From: Klebsormidium nitens
Taxonomy: Eukaryota; Plantae; Klebsormidiophyceae
Assembly: GCA_000708835.1 (NCBI GenBank)
Contig: DF237009.1
Span: 124,001-188,000, forward strand
Direction: 5' to 3'
Length of the DNA stretch: 64,000 bases
Shown here: piece after piece, positions 24,261-37,162 of the stretch
Numbering within the stretch: position 1 is the first letter of the stretch
How the letters are laid out: the number at the start of each line of letters is the position of its first letter
Notes under the pieces: model-generated
Seen by the model: only the letters and a program-made list of their open reading frames with translations
The model's database searches: none
What the model was told of the DNA's origin: nothing
Position numbers and translations under genes: made by a program

Positions 24261-27200
24261 TTACGATGGGCCCGAGCCCCGCACGTGTCCCGTCCGCTTT
24301 CTAAGTGCTCCGGACAGGAGAGCGTCTAGCCGTTCGGACGGAGCGTCCAGCTCCAGGCTCCCGATCAGTGCAAAACAGTCGGCGTCAAAGAGAACGTCCT
24401 CGAGCACGCGCGAGCAACGGGCGAAGTCCTGGGGGAGAATGTCGATAAGTTAGGGAGTGACGTCAGACGGGTGCGTGAGGTGCTTAATAGCGTGAATTGC
24501 CCTATAACCAGCCTCGGCGCCGAAGCGACCTTCCTTCAAAGCCTGTTCAATACCGGTCGTCTTCCGTGTTTCGTTTTCTAGCTGGATAGCTCGAGAATCA
24601 CTTGTGAGTACGAATCCCAAGCATAAGGCGGCAGGTGTGAGTAGAAAGAGAAGCTTGTCACGTGGTCTCGAGATGACCCAAGATGACCAGATTGGCGCGG
24701 CAGCTGAGAAGCGGAATGACGTCATCAAGTGTGCTTAGCTCAGAACATCAACAGGGGCATGTCAAGAGAGAGACGAAACCGCACAAAATGCCTTTCTGCG
24801 TCGCCTCTCACCTTTTCGGTCGTGATAACGAGGCAGCGAGAGTATTGGCGCGAATCCTGTAGCCCCCGGAGTAGCGTCAGAGTGGACATAAGGTCCTGCG
24901 AGCAGAAACAGCGGTGCAGATTCGGACTCCCACTCAAGCAAACCAAAGCGTCAGGGCGGCGACATTGACTTTTCTTCCTGCTGGAATTGTCAAAAGCGGC
25001 AGACCTCGGAAGCATACGATTCATCGACAGGCGTTCGGATTGCCTGCAAAACGTGGCGCTTCCGTGAAGCGGTAGCCATTTATTCAATTGCAAGACGGAC
25101 CGACCTTGCTTATCAACGAAGCTGTCCAAAGTCCGTCGTACTCGGAGGGCACTCCAGCCGTTTCTTTTCCCATTTTCTCCTCTAATTGTCTATTCCCCAT
25201 AGTGACAAACATGATTCCGCTCGATTGAGAGGTGGACAGGCACAACCTTTTCCGCTCACTTTAATCTAAGTGGGACCGTCCAAGCCGCGTCCGTCAACTC
25301 CACACGAGCCATGCGGAACTTACATCAGAAAGCAACCGGATCGAAGCAAAGGACAACAAAGAGAAGCGGACCCAACATTAAGCAGGTTGAAGGAGGTGGA
25401 GAAGAGCAATCCTATTAAGTTAAGCGGAGCAAGATGTTTACATTGAGTTCCCCACCTTTTCAAAAAAGACATGGTGGTCGCCGAAAGCCCGGCTCTCCAC
25501 GCGCTTCGCTCCTAACTGCAAAGCGTGGACGCGAATTCAATTCAGGCGACCAGGGAAAAGGCAACCGGATTGATGGGGAAAGGGAGGTTATGACGGCAAG
25601 TACACAGCCGTTCCGTAGCCCGGGTCGAGGCTAAGGAGTCAAAAGGGACCAGATGAAGGCAAAGTTGATCGGATGAGAATGAACCAAGCCAAGAGACCCG
25701 GGATAAAGCGACCGGTCTTGAACGCCTAACTCAAAGGTAAGCGAGATGAAACAGAAGGCAGCAAAAGAAAGTGAACAGTCGCAGCCTCCTTGTCAAAAAA
25801 CGATTTTGATTGGAAGGTCGCGTCTCGATGCCTCGACTTATCTTGTTGCACAATGCTCAGGCAATGCACATTTTGAGTACAACAAAAGCAACCCCGAAAG
25901 CGAAAGCAGACCGATTTCTTGCGCCGAAAGCCAAGAGAAGGACTGTGGGGACCGAAAGCATTCGCGGGCACCTTAGACTCGCACCCAAGATGTTGCGCGG
26001 CCAGTCTGCAATTCATGGATTTCCGTAATTTACGAAAATCGACGATATATCATACTCCCCGCCCTTGTGGGAGCTATCGAAAGACTCCGTCGGAAACAAC
26101 TTTTTGGGTGCGAGGTTAAGGGGCCCGAAATTGGCTCACCTTGTAAAGCAGGAGTTCGAGCGACCGAGGGCACCCAATCCCTGACAGGGCAACCACGGCG
26201 ACCCCGCTGACTGCATCCAGGCTTTCTTGTCGCCCTCGCTTCGGCCCGGAGATCCGTAGAAGGTGCTTGGGAGCAAAGTGGGCGGGAAAGACGGGAATGC
26301 TCGGACGTACGTGGCGGTGCAGATCGGACGTCAGACAGAGGCGCCGGTCTTCGGAAACCTGTGGACACGAACGGGATTATGAATGCTCCTTTGAGTATTG
26401 GATGCACTGCTTCGACGGTTCGACAAATGAGCACGAACTACGGATGGGAAGCGCGAAGCTCGCTGAAGCTCGGTGAAATTCAAAGAAGCAAAAATATGCA
26501 ACTGTTTTGCAAGAATTGTTGATGAAGACAGTAAGACGGGAAGCACGGCGAGGTGGAACAACAATAGAACCAGGGAGGAGCCTTAGCGTGATTTCTGACC
26601 AAGCGGTAAATGGCAGGAATCTCGGCGCAGGGAGGGAGGAGAGTCAGGACAGACGGACCAAAATCGCACGGAACGAAACCAGTAAAATGGACTCAAAGGG
26701 ACAGCAATGAATGAGGCTGACGAGAACCGCGTGATGAAAGTATCATAGTCTTCCAGCAAACGGAATGTACAGTCACCTAGATATAGGGTCAGTGAAGGGA
26801 AAAGAGACGATAAGGCATCCAACCTAAGTCGTACGGAGGTCTGCATGATACATAAAGATGCCCCCAGCTCTTGCGTTGCAGTTGGTTGCTTCTGGACTGT
26901 GTTTCGGGCAACGAGACGGCCATCGTCGAAGTAGGAAATGGAAGAGGGGTAAGAGAGTGGATTGCAAGGATAGATTCGAAACGTCCAAACTTACGAGGTC
27001 TGCATGGTAGAGCACGACAGCGTCAGCTCGCTGCAGCGCAGAGATGGGCTCTCGTAGTGGTCCTCAAAGATCGAATGAGGAATGTCAATCCAGACAGGAA
27101 AAAAGAAAGACAAGGAAGATGCGCAAGTAAAGGGGGCAAACAGAATCAAAAGCGTTGAGCTCCGCACAATGGAGGATGACGGGATCGGCTCGCTGCAGTA

Positions 27201-29765
27201 GAGCGCGAGCGAAGAAGAAGGCAAAGATATATAAACAGAAGGAAACAAATACGTGGAAGAAGAGGGGGCAAGGAAGAGAAAAAACACTTGTACTCACGAG
27301 GTCCGCATGATGGAGGATGACTGCATCGGCTCGCTGCAGCGCAGAGAGGGGCTCTCGCAATGGTCCGGAGGGGATGAGGTGGCCATTGCCGAAATAAGAG
27401 ACGGCGCTGACCATCACGATCTCGAGGTCGCGGTCGAGGGCGAGGTGCTGCGAAAATTTGGAAGACGCGGTCAAAACGGCTGAGAAATCTGAACGTTTTC
27501 AGTATTTGCAACACCACCTTTCACCGTCTACTTTCCGGGACTCGAGATCTGCGGGTTCAAGAGGCTCCTCGAGGAAATGGGGTAACGCATCAGTGGAACC
27601 TTTCACTGAAGCTGATGGATCGTCGTTGCATCAGGGGATCACAATAGAAAGGTACCGATTCCCTTGAAGTGTGTGGGCTCACCGCTTAGACAAAGGGAGA
27701 CGACATTGATCGAGACATAACGCTGTGACACTTTTGGGTCGCGGCTGAATTGAGCTATGAAAGGTATTGGGTACAGGCTTCGTCCTTCTTTACGGACGCC
27801 TAGGGATAGAAGGGGATGCCTCCTTCGTTTCAAACGTCCATGAGACGCAAACTTTCTCCCTTACTCTCGAACTCGACGTGCCTGGATTTGGTTTTCGAGA
27901 ATGGGACCCAGAGTACCTTCCCGCATCATCATCTAACCAACCTCGGTCAGCTTTTGGCTCACTGCAAGGTAAGTAACCCCCTGAAGATCACGGGCTCTTA
28001 CTGATCCGTTTCGGAAGAACCACTCTTCAGGCTCCACTCAATTCAGCGAACAGTAAACCCCGTGGATAGGGACGTGGATGAGGGGGGGGGTCAATAAGGT
28101 TGTTAGTGTTAGTACGGATGCGCGCTCAGCACATAGACTCTTTGGTTCGGAGTCGATTGGAACCCGTTAAACCCAAAAGCCTACTGCGCATTGAGCTTAC
28201 ATTCCACCAGTTTGAGGGATCATCCTTCTTCCGGACCCTCACCTGCATGCCATCGTCCACTATGACCACCCCCACGGGCCCGTTCACACCGCCCTCCCCG
28301 CCCTTGGTCCCAACCACCTCCCAGTCTAGTTCCTCCTTAGCGATTGCCAGGCTCATCGCCGCCCTCCGCACGCTTTCTGACGGTGCAGCCCCGTGCCTTG
28401 TGAAGATCGTCCGGGCAGCCTTTGACCGGTTCCGACCGGAGCCGATAACAGCGCTCGTGTCGCGCAGCCGCTGAGTCAGCATGGACGCCTCGTCGCTGTA
28501 GGGGCCTCCCTGTACGAGGGAGGAGGTCCAGAGGTTTTGGAAGCTTATCTTTTGAAAGTCGTGGTTTTTGCTTGATAACAGGTGGTTGACAGATGATCGA
28601 TAGGTGGTGATGAATCAAGATATCGAGCATGATACAAAGAATGGACCTGGCAGTTGGTGGGTATGGCTTGAAGTCTTCAAAAGCCAGGCTTACCTTGCTT
28701 TTCATGTTGTCAGAAACGAGGTTAGGTCGAAATTTTGTTTTGTTTGTTTTATTTGTCCGAGAACATGCGGATTGAGGTAAGTAGGAATCTGCAACCCTGG
28801 AGTTGTTGTCAGGGAGCATTTCAGAAAAAAAGCCTTGAAATCAGATCCTCGCTCCCTGGCCTGAAGTTGGATGTCTATTCCGTTTCGTTACATGTATGAG
28901 GGGACGCATGGATCATCAGGGAATCAGGCATAATGTCGAGCTTGGCAGTGTACAACCAGATTTCAATTGCTTTAACGGGTCATGTAGACATGTCTGAATA
29001 GATGTTGCAGGGACAGACCAGTTGTTGGCCACTTCAAAGTGCCCCTTCCTTGTTTGTTTGAACAAAAGCTTTTTCTAGACAATGCCCGCTTGCACCACTT
29101 AAAACAGCGCTGGAAGGATCACTCCAAGTACAACGGTTGCATGATGGATAGACTTCTTTTGACCAATTGAGGTGGACAATTGATCAACAGGTCAGGCTAT
29201 CAAATTGTGCCACAGTAGCCCCTTGCAAGCTACAGTTAGTTGAGTCCACATTTCCCCTGTTCTCCAGCCCTTTTATTGGATCAAACTAACCGGAACGTGC
29301 ATTAGAAGAAGTAAATCAGAGTATGCCAACGAGAACCAAGCTGGCACTCTTCAGGGCTTGACCAGATAGCAGAGCAACGAATTCCTGGCCAGCAGATTCT
29401 CAAGAACAACAAGGGAAGCAGTGAAGTATAGATTGCCAGGCAAACAGTCTTACCCTGACTAGGACCACTGGTCTCAGCCCCACGCTCAGCATGCGCCTGG
29501 CTATAAACTCCACCATTGGAGTTTTCCCGTTGCCCCCCCAGCTGATGTTCCCAACACTTATCACAGGAACAGGGAGAGACTCCCTTTTGCACACCCCCAC
29601 TTTGTAAAGCCACATTCTTAGCTGGTACACCCCCCCATAGAGGACGCTGCTAGCACGGAGGACAGGAAAGAGGGCGCCCTCTAGGGACCATCTGAAAGGG
29701 GGGTCTTCTTGCTGGGCGGACTCCCGCAAGAAGACGCTCAGGGAGTCACACCAGCTTTCCAGCAT
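24261..29765 (-). CDS. LPXK: Tetraacyldisaccharide (lipid A) 4'-kinase, 7 exons
   Basis: Exons 29765-29454, 28509-28243, 27447-27298, 26358-26140, 25515-25456, 24895-24812, 24428-24261. Motifs [17 protein letters not shown] (P-loop), SDEASML, VDDGMQH, RDLEIV, GPLREP..ALQRAD, ALSGIG.P, FGDHH, VITTEKDF. Confidence 0.93.
26833..27205 (-). repeat. Three diverged tandem copies of the 3' half of LpxK exon 3 plus donor (about 140-160 bp spacing)
   Basis: Copies translate as [16 protein letters not shown] (27205-27157, donor lost), [23 protein letters not shown]|GTAAGT (27063-26995) and [13 protein letters not shown].c|GTACGA (about 26885-26835). The real exon reads [23 protein letters not shown]|GTGAGT. 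Confidence 0.9.
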
Positions 29766-30345
29766 TCTGTGTCTCGTCCTTTGCAGCTGGATTGAGATAA
29801 GTGATCCAAAAGATTGGGCAATTGAGGTTGTTGTGAGCTCAAAGGACGTCCTGACAATGAATGGGAAAATTTTGGATGAGATAAACCTCAGCTCTTTGTG
29901 AAATGGCCGTCACGAGAGGCTCCCATTCCCAGCAAAGTAGTCGCAACTCCGCCGCAGTCGCCAGCATTTTGTTAGCTGCTAGTCAACCCAATTGCGCTCT
30001 TCTCAGCCTCTCTGGCACTTTCTTATCAATGTCAGACCTGAGAATCAGAACTTGAAGAGCCCAGAAAGTTGGAGTTGCGCATGACTTGGACTGGCGGCTT
30101 GGCAGGGAGAATGAGGCGTCCTGCACGGCAGAGAAAGTGTTTGGAGTTGAGCTGGACATTGCTTGGTCAAACTACTTTCAGCCCAGTTTGTCGCCTTGGA
30201 TTTAATGACACCGAATACGATCCGATCCCATGCGCATTCCTTCCTTCTTTTAACAGTGTCATGATGCTGGCGTCGCATTCTGAGGGTTTTCTTCCCTCTT
30301 CGCTTCCTCTCGAGTGCTCAAACCAGCCAGTGCAATGCGGGCAGA

Positions 30346-31372
30346 ATGGCGCCGAAGAAGAGCCCCGCTTCCTCCTCCGGCATCAACCATGCCGCCATTC
30401 TCCTTCTCACCATCATTCACCAGCTTCTAGGCGGCCTCTGGTATGGCCAGCTCTTCAAAGACCCCTGGCTTCATGGGGTTGGCAAATCGCTGCAGGACGT
30501 CGAACCGAAAAAGCACCCCGCTCTGTTTCTCATTCCGTTGGTGGCAGGCCTTCTGCTGAATTACGTCCTGGCCGGCATCCTGGCCCTGGGGCCTGGGCCG
30601 AGCGTAAAGAGGGGGGTGGTGTGGGCTCTCATTCTGTGGGGGGGGGTCATCTTGCCAGACACGCTGACGCACCATGCTTTCATCGGGGCACCGCTGATGC
30701 TGACGGTGAGATGCTTGTCTGCGTGTTCAAAGTGAATCAACGAAACTGTAATCTATGTAGGTTTGTCGGAGGGGATAATGTGGTCTAACCAAGGGCTAAT
30801 GTTCGCTTGGGTTTCCGTCAAACTTGACATATCAGAGGTCTGTCCACAATTCCAAGCAGAGAATGTGATCAGGTGCCTGTAAGTTGTTTGCGTTCCGGGA
30901 GAAACAGAAGGTGTGTTGGTGGTAGGACTTTATCAGTCTGGCTTCTTGGACCAGGGCGTACTCTTCTGCATCTGAAGATAAGATGGTACCATTCTGGCAT
31001 CAGGCACTCTGGTTGTTTAATGGCAGCCCCCCTGTCGCAACCTCATGCATCATCATTTTACATAGAATGAGGGATGATGATTTGTGCACAAGACAACCAA
31101 TTCAGAAAGCCCTTTCAGCGCACTTGTTTAAAGTGGCTGATGAGACAAATGTGCTCAGCTTATACCCGGCATTTACACATTGAAGTGGCGTTTGTAAAGC
31201 ACCTGTGTAAGGTTAGAGTGACGGTGGAGAGTCCGACATTCAAATATGCTCCTTAAACATAGTTTTCATCACTAACTTGCAGGCCATTGACACCAGCAAG
31301 GAACTCGTGGGGCTTCTCATCTCCGGTGTGATCCTGGGGTCTTGGACGGCAAACAAGACGAAGGCCGCCTAG
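30346..31372 (+). CDS. DUF1761-family small membrane protein, 2 exons
   Basis: Exons 30346-30705 (donor |GTGAGA) and 31283-31372. INHAAILL...LGGLWYGQLFKDPW..GVG followed by hydrophobic helices and a C-terminal IDTSKELVGLLISGVILG match the recalled DUF1761 pattern (G.LWYSPLFG..W; ID.GY......G.I.G). Confidence 0.75.
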
Positions 31373-32368
31373 CAGAACGTCGACGTCTACGAGTCGGTGT
31401 CGTCAAGTGGCGCTGTAAGGGAAGGAGGTTGTTGTTTTGATTGTTAGAAAGCCATTATTTGGAGCAAAGGACTGCCTGTGAAACTAAAGATCGCCGGCTT
31501 CCCACACGAGCGATGATTGGACTAGTAAAAGACAGGGAGGATGGATGTGGGCGCAGTCCAAGGTATGCACTGACACGAGCGAAGGAGAGCCACTAACGAA
31601 AGTCTGGGTTACCAGCTAGGTACTCCCATTGCAGCCTTTGTATAAACGGAGTGTACGTTTGCAGGCGGTAGAAAAGAAGGGCTGTTGGGAAGCGTAAATG
31701 GTACATGTAAATAAGTGCAGCTTAATGACTCAAAGAGCACATGGTCTTCCGTGTAGACATGGCAGCTTTCTGCCCAAGCTTTTCATGCTGGCATCACTTG
31801 AGCATGGCCGTATGATGTGCATCGTACAATGCAGGCATGCAAAACTCTAATTTTACGTACTAGGCATTATACTATACGTAAGCCCGTAAGTCGGTATACT
31901 CAGGTGTGTAAGTTAAGTTCATACCTTGCGTCCTTCCGGTCGTTGTATTAGTATGCGGACACATCAGTATACAGCATGCAGTGGATTTATGACCGGGCAT
32001 ACCTAGGCGATCATGCATTGGCATCAGTAACGACACAAATGCTCCGACTGTTCATCGAACAAGCTTGCCTATGTTGCAAGAGGTAAGGGACATCTGATGG
32101 AGCTTCACTGATCGATCCAATTGTACGCGACACATCGTCTGGCAGAATCCAGAGACATCATTTATTGGAATTGATAAACGGGCAGTGATTCAAAAGTTGC
32201 CATACACCGCCTTGGCCTCCACTTCAAGCGTGCCGGGGCTTCCTACACCCCATTCAGCCATTTTAGATGGGCTAATTTGCACCGTCGGAACAGAGCGAGG
32301 TTACGCCTTTGCACACACAAACTCATCAGGGCTGATCAGACTCGCGACACATCCGTATGTAAACCACA

Positions 32369-35300
32369 TCACGCATCCGCATATGGCACCTTTCGCTTGC
32401 CGTCTTCCATGACGTATATAGCCGACTCCGGAATCTGCACAGCCACGTCAACCATTTAGTCGTATCACAGGCACAAAGAAGATCGTTTCAAGGTAACCTG
32501 CCTTTTGGTCCAAGCCAAGCCACAGGCATTGACCAAAAGGCAACGCGACTTTTACCAACGGAGACGAGTCGGGCAGCTTTAGAAACGAAGAGCATGAGTT
32601 GCGGGGCCGCTTCCTTTTGGATCAATGCTGTTCTGAATTCAAGTTCTGCGTGCAGTAATTGCAAGGAGCAACCAACGGGTCGAAGACTGGATCAAACAGG
32701 TTTCACTTTCGAAAGTAAGATCCAGATCGTCCGACTCCAGTCTCCAAGCAATGTCGGCGTAAACCTCTGTTGGACGGAGGTTCAAAGGCAGACGCAAAAG
32801 ATAGAGAAACAAAGAGAGACCCTGCAGATCGGACACTGCCCGGTCATCCGAAATTCCGGAAGCTGTTACGAAACAAGGCGCGGAGTTCCCCCCGCTCCAC
32901 TGGCTCGACAGCAGTGAAGCTGGGGTTGTCGTTGCACAAATATGGTGCTTTTAACTCCAAACAGACGCGCATACTGCAGGTCTGGTCAAACCTGGCCGCC
33001 TGACCCGGATCCGGATTGAGCCAGTCGCAGATTTTTTCTCGAGCCGCAGAACTTGGGCCGTTCGATGAGAGGCATGCGGGTAATCGCAGGGTCCGAATTC
33101 TGCGCATTGGGCATAGTTCTGCGTCCGGCTCAATCAGGACTCTGGCCAGGCGGCCAGGTGTCACCATATGTGTGGTAAAGGAAGATGAAATTCCAAGGGC
33201 TGACAAAGCGACCGTACCTCCTTCCATGTCTCCGTGATGAACTCGCAGATGTCGTACAAAAAGTCGCCCTGGACGTCGATCTGCTCCTTCTCCGTGGGGC
33301 CCTGTCGCCACAGCCGGAGCAGTCCATTAGTGGGAGTTTGGCGCCAATCGCCGTCCTCACAAGGCCTTTTAGAATCCAGTGGTGCAAGGTTAAGGGTCCC
33401 GAGTTGCGATTTTCGAACGGGCTGTTTAGAGAGGTTCAGAGAAATGCACGGTGCTCATGCGGTCACGTTGCGAGCAAACAAGGGAGACGGAACAAAGAAG
33501 GCTCGTTTCGAATCCGACCGCGCAAGAAGCGGTGGTTAAAGGAGCTGTCGGAACAAATGAAAGGTCCAGACTCGCTCTTTCTCAAAGCGCCAGCCACGTT
33601 GTTCAAGCGATCGTGCTCAATAAAGTAGCGAGGCAATCCAAAGAAAGTGAGCAACCAGTTCAAGGACGACGAAAACTTGGGGACCATCTTAGGGGAGGGC
33701 TCAGATGTCTGTTGCTCAAACCCGTTTTGTTCCAAGTGTTTCTACTTAATCTGCAATAGTAACAAAGTGACCGGCCTGATACTCGCTAAGAAACCGTGGA
33801 TGGGACTCGCGGGGACTGGATAAAGACCACACAAGAAAAAATCAAGGGATGGCAAAAGTGTTTTTCCCGTTCATCCGCAGAACGACTCTTGATTTTATTC
33901 TCTAAGCTTTGATGACTTTGTTAATTCTTGTTGGGGATAACTTCGAGAGACTTCCGTCTCCCAACCCGTATGAGTAGCAGCAGTCCCCCTAACAAAGCTG
34001 GGGGCGGTAGACGATGGGACGGGCGCCCTTTACAGCGTAGCACGAGTGGAGAAAAGGCAAGTACGGATCGCGGAGCTGACCTTGACGACTGACGACCCGC
34101 TGGCAAACTTTTTGCCGAACTTCTTGGACGCGTCCCCTAGTTTCACGCCTGCGCAGACACAAGCTCTGCTGAGTGTGTGGAGTGGAGAGGGCATGCAGCA
34201 GTGCTCCCGTGCAAACGCGGGGTCCTGGCACTTGTCTCGATTTCATGTTGACTAAGGGCCATGTTGACTAAAGAAAGCGCCCGGGGGACGGGTAGGGTTG
34301 GTACGGGGGTTAGGGTGGATACGGGTGCGGAGCGGGTGTCATTCATCGGTTTAGGTTTTTAGTTTTGTTCGTGCCCCCGAGCACTATCCTTAGTCAACAT
34401 GCGCTTAGTCAACATGAAATCGAGAAGTATTGTGTGGAGTGGGGTCGTTAGAGGGCATGCAGCAAAACTCTCGTGCAAACGAGGGTTCCTAGCCGATGCC
34501 GCTGTTGCAACAGACAATAAGTATCGGCTTCTTATGATCCTCACTGCATGAAACCTCCACCAGCCCCTTTACACTGTGGTTTCGAAACCGACAGTTACAT
34601 GAATCGCGACGAAGCCTCTCAGCGGAGGATACGCTGGTTGCTGGCATCCCGCAGTCACTCGTTTATAGTGAAGCAAGAAAGGATGCCTTTCTTATACACA
34701 AATGGAGAGAAAGTAGCTTGTTAGCAGAGGCAGGGAAAGCAACGGATCCTGGATTGCAGCCTGATTGCGACCCATTTCTGTTCGGAGCCGGATCTTTTGA
34801 AGAGTTGGAGGACGCTGCAGCCCAGACGCGAGGAACGACACTGTCGTCTCTTGCACACTTCGCGTAGGGGTATGGAAACCTAGGAAGCCCGCTCACCGAA
34901 CAACTCCATGCCCTTTACTGTCGTGATCGCCTTCCGCTTATTTCGAGTCGCCTTCTCCACAAGGATCTCCTGCTTCTCCTGCAAGCGAGCAAGGCGAACA
35001 GGTCAACTTTCAAAACAGTCTCATATCAAGGATGCAAAACGCAGTCTTCAGCTTCAGGGTATCCAGTAGACTTTCTTAGGCTCCCCTTGGAAATGTCCCT
35101 CAAAGATCAGGACAGTCAACCCGAGAAGAAACAAACGTCAAGAGCCCACTTCACGTGATGGGATCTGACATTACGGCACAGGTCACACGTGACAGTTTGA
35201 GAGTGTCAACCAAACGGGACCCATTATAGTCTGCAAATATAAATGGATCACGCATCCCTCTAGCTTTTGATTCTAGCCTTGTACGCTTTCGCGTCGGCCA

Positions 35301-37162
35301 AGCGTTTAGGTTCTTCTCTGCGGATACCCTGTAGATGAGGAGGCTACAGGACCATCTGGGTCACAAAGTACAGAGCTCGTGCGCTTTCTAGCTGTCGGAA
35401 CCAATCCTGCGTTTCTTTGAAGCAATGATGCAAGAACGGGAACTCGAGACAGTTTTGGTTCTCAAGATATCGTATGCAAGTTAAGAAGCCCCTCATACGG
35501 ACCTCGACTCTTGCGACGAACAGACAAAAGCGATGGTGTCGAGTTAGAGCACGTGCCACCCCAATCGGCTACCTACTTTTCTCTTGACCTTGCCACCCGG
35601 TAGTTTCTTTACGATCTCGTCCTCTGGCTTGCTCGTGCTAGCCTCCCCGTCAGCACCATCTTCCCCGCCGAGCCGCAGATCCCCCAGCTTTGCCTCGGCT
35701 TCATCGGCCGCTGTCGAAGAAGGATCATGGCCGTCAGATTTTCAGGTGACTTTGGCAGAATTTGCTGTTCTTTAAGAAAAGGACTTTTGAATCAACGAAT
35801 CGGTACAAGGAACCTCCGTTGTATGTGGCTCTGCCAGGTGCCACCGGAATGGATCACACACTCCACAATGGGCTTGGCTTCATTAACCGCTGCATGGAAA
35901 CGGCAATGCTGTTCTGGAAGTGCAACTTCTGCATCAGAGATCTTTGTAAGTGCTGAGCTATGCTCTGAAGCTTGAGGCAACAGGATCGAAAACCCCGACA
36001 ATTCAAGAAGGCCCTTGCAATAGTCGGACTCAAGGATGAACCCTGTCAAAGAAACTCTCAAGAGGTACACTCTGAAAAGACTCAGGTCGAACTATTCGGC
36101 CCCGACCTGGCTTTGACATGGACTATGTATTCCATTGCAGCTGCTGTCGCTCATGCTTTCAATTGGAGTTGGTGGAGATGATCGCCTTTGAGAAGGATGT
36201 TACCAACATGCTGTCCCAAAGATACGACAGAAGCACAGGCTATTCTCGCTGAGTCAAGGAACAGTGCGGCAAGCGGCTGGGGCCCGTACCTTTCTTCGTC
36301 AGTTCGGGGTACGCCCCCGGGGCGTTCTTTATGAGCCAGGGCTTGCACTTCTCAAAGTCTGGCCCAAACTCGCAGAACTCTGGAGGCAAGCCACACACTG
36401 CACAGGACAGGAAGCCCACTCTTTCAGGTTCAAAGAACGCAATCGCTGCCAGACAGTTGAAGTTGTCTTCCCTGGGCTTTTGAGAGAAAAGATCTGGTGG
36501 ACTCTTGGCTCAGGTCTTCCTCTGTGAGTAAGCATAACAGTGGCATGAGCGAGTGCCTGCTACCCAACAGGGGGCTCCAGCATGGGAAACACAGTACGAT
36601 GGACTTGTCTAATTATTGCATAGGTAACATCTGAACGGGCAGGTTATTCAAGGACGTCGGCACTCAGAAGTTGTAGTACTTTACACCACTGATGCTGCGG
36701 CTGATGCTATCATCTGGTCACACTCTCTCATGCAACTGTTGTAACAACCATCAAGTGTTTTAGACTCGATTGCCTGACACGTGTACCCTCTGCATGTTGT
36801 CGGCCATCGCTGCTTCAAAGGAGATTTTCACAATAGTAAAGAACCTGAGTTTTGTCAAGGTTAAAAACTACTGAACAGAGAAAAAATCCGAACATCTAAT
36901 TGCGAGAAGCTTTTCTTTTCAAAAGCCCAGGCAACTGGCCCCATTGTTTTTTAAATTTAACCCATTGCCGCCAACTCCAATGTGCCTTCCATCACAAGCG
37001 GAACCGACAGCAAAGTCCCCGGGGATACCAACATAAATACCAATCAGAGACAGAGTAACTCCCAAGCGTCGTCTGAACCTGGAGGCTCCGAAAGCAGTTG
37101 ACAACTTCCTTCTCACCGCCACAATACAGCACCGTCTGCGGTTGCAATTTGTCATGCGCCAT
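32369..37162 (-). CDS. DENR: Density-regulated protein / Tma22 (SUI1-domain 40S recycling and reinitiation factor), 7 exons; absent from the ORF track
   Basis: Exons 37162-37117, 36397-36290, 35710-35577, 34978-34897, 34148-34081, 33301-33218, 32434-32369. Motifs [27 protein letters not shown] (Zn knuckle), LPGGKVKRK, TRNKRKAITTVKGMELFGVKL..ASKKFGKKFASGSSVVKGPTEKEQIDVQGD. Confidence 0.95.
34235..34425. mobile_element. MITE-like 191-bp element with 36-37 bp terminal inverted repeats, in a DENR intron
   Basis: Left end tctcgatttcatgttgactaagggccatgttgactaa (34235-34271) is the reverse complement of right end ttagtcaacatgcgcttagtcaacatgaaatcgaga (34390-34425). The outer 22 nt are perfect, and each TIR holds two catgttgactaa subrepeats. 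Confidence 0.75.

Noticed and set aside
24740-25129. 129-aa ORF as a separate gene
   Set aside because: Its only coding-like part (DLMST...VITTEK) is LpxK exon 6.
32499-32542. 12-bp inverted repeat (tgccttttggtc/gaccaaaaggca)
   Set aside because: A single short intronic hairpin with no further support for function.
32844-33735. Cluster of 90-155 aa ORFs on both strands
   Set aside because: Off-frame or antisense shadows around DENR exon 6 (33301-33218). Possible faint echoes of that exon were too weak to claim.
34277-34345. Interstitial telomere (ggttagggt, gggtagggtt)
   Set aside because: Only isolated single units inside the TIR element, not a tandem telomeric tract.
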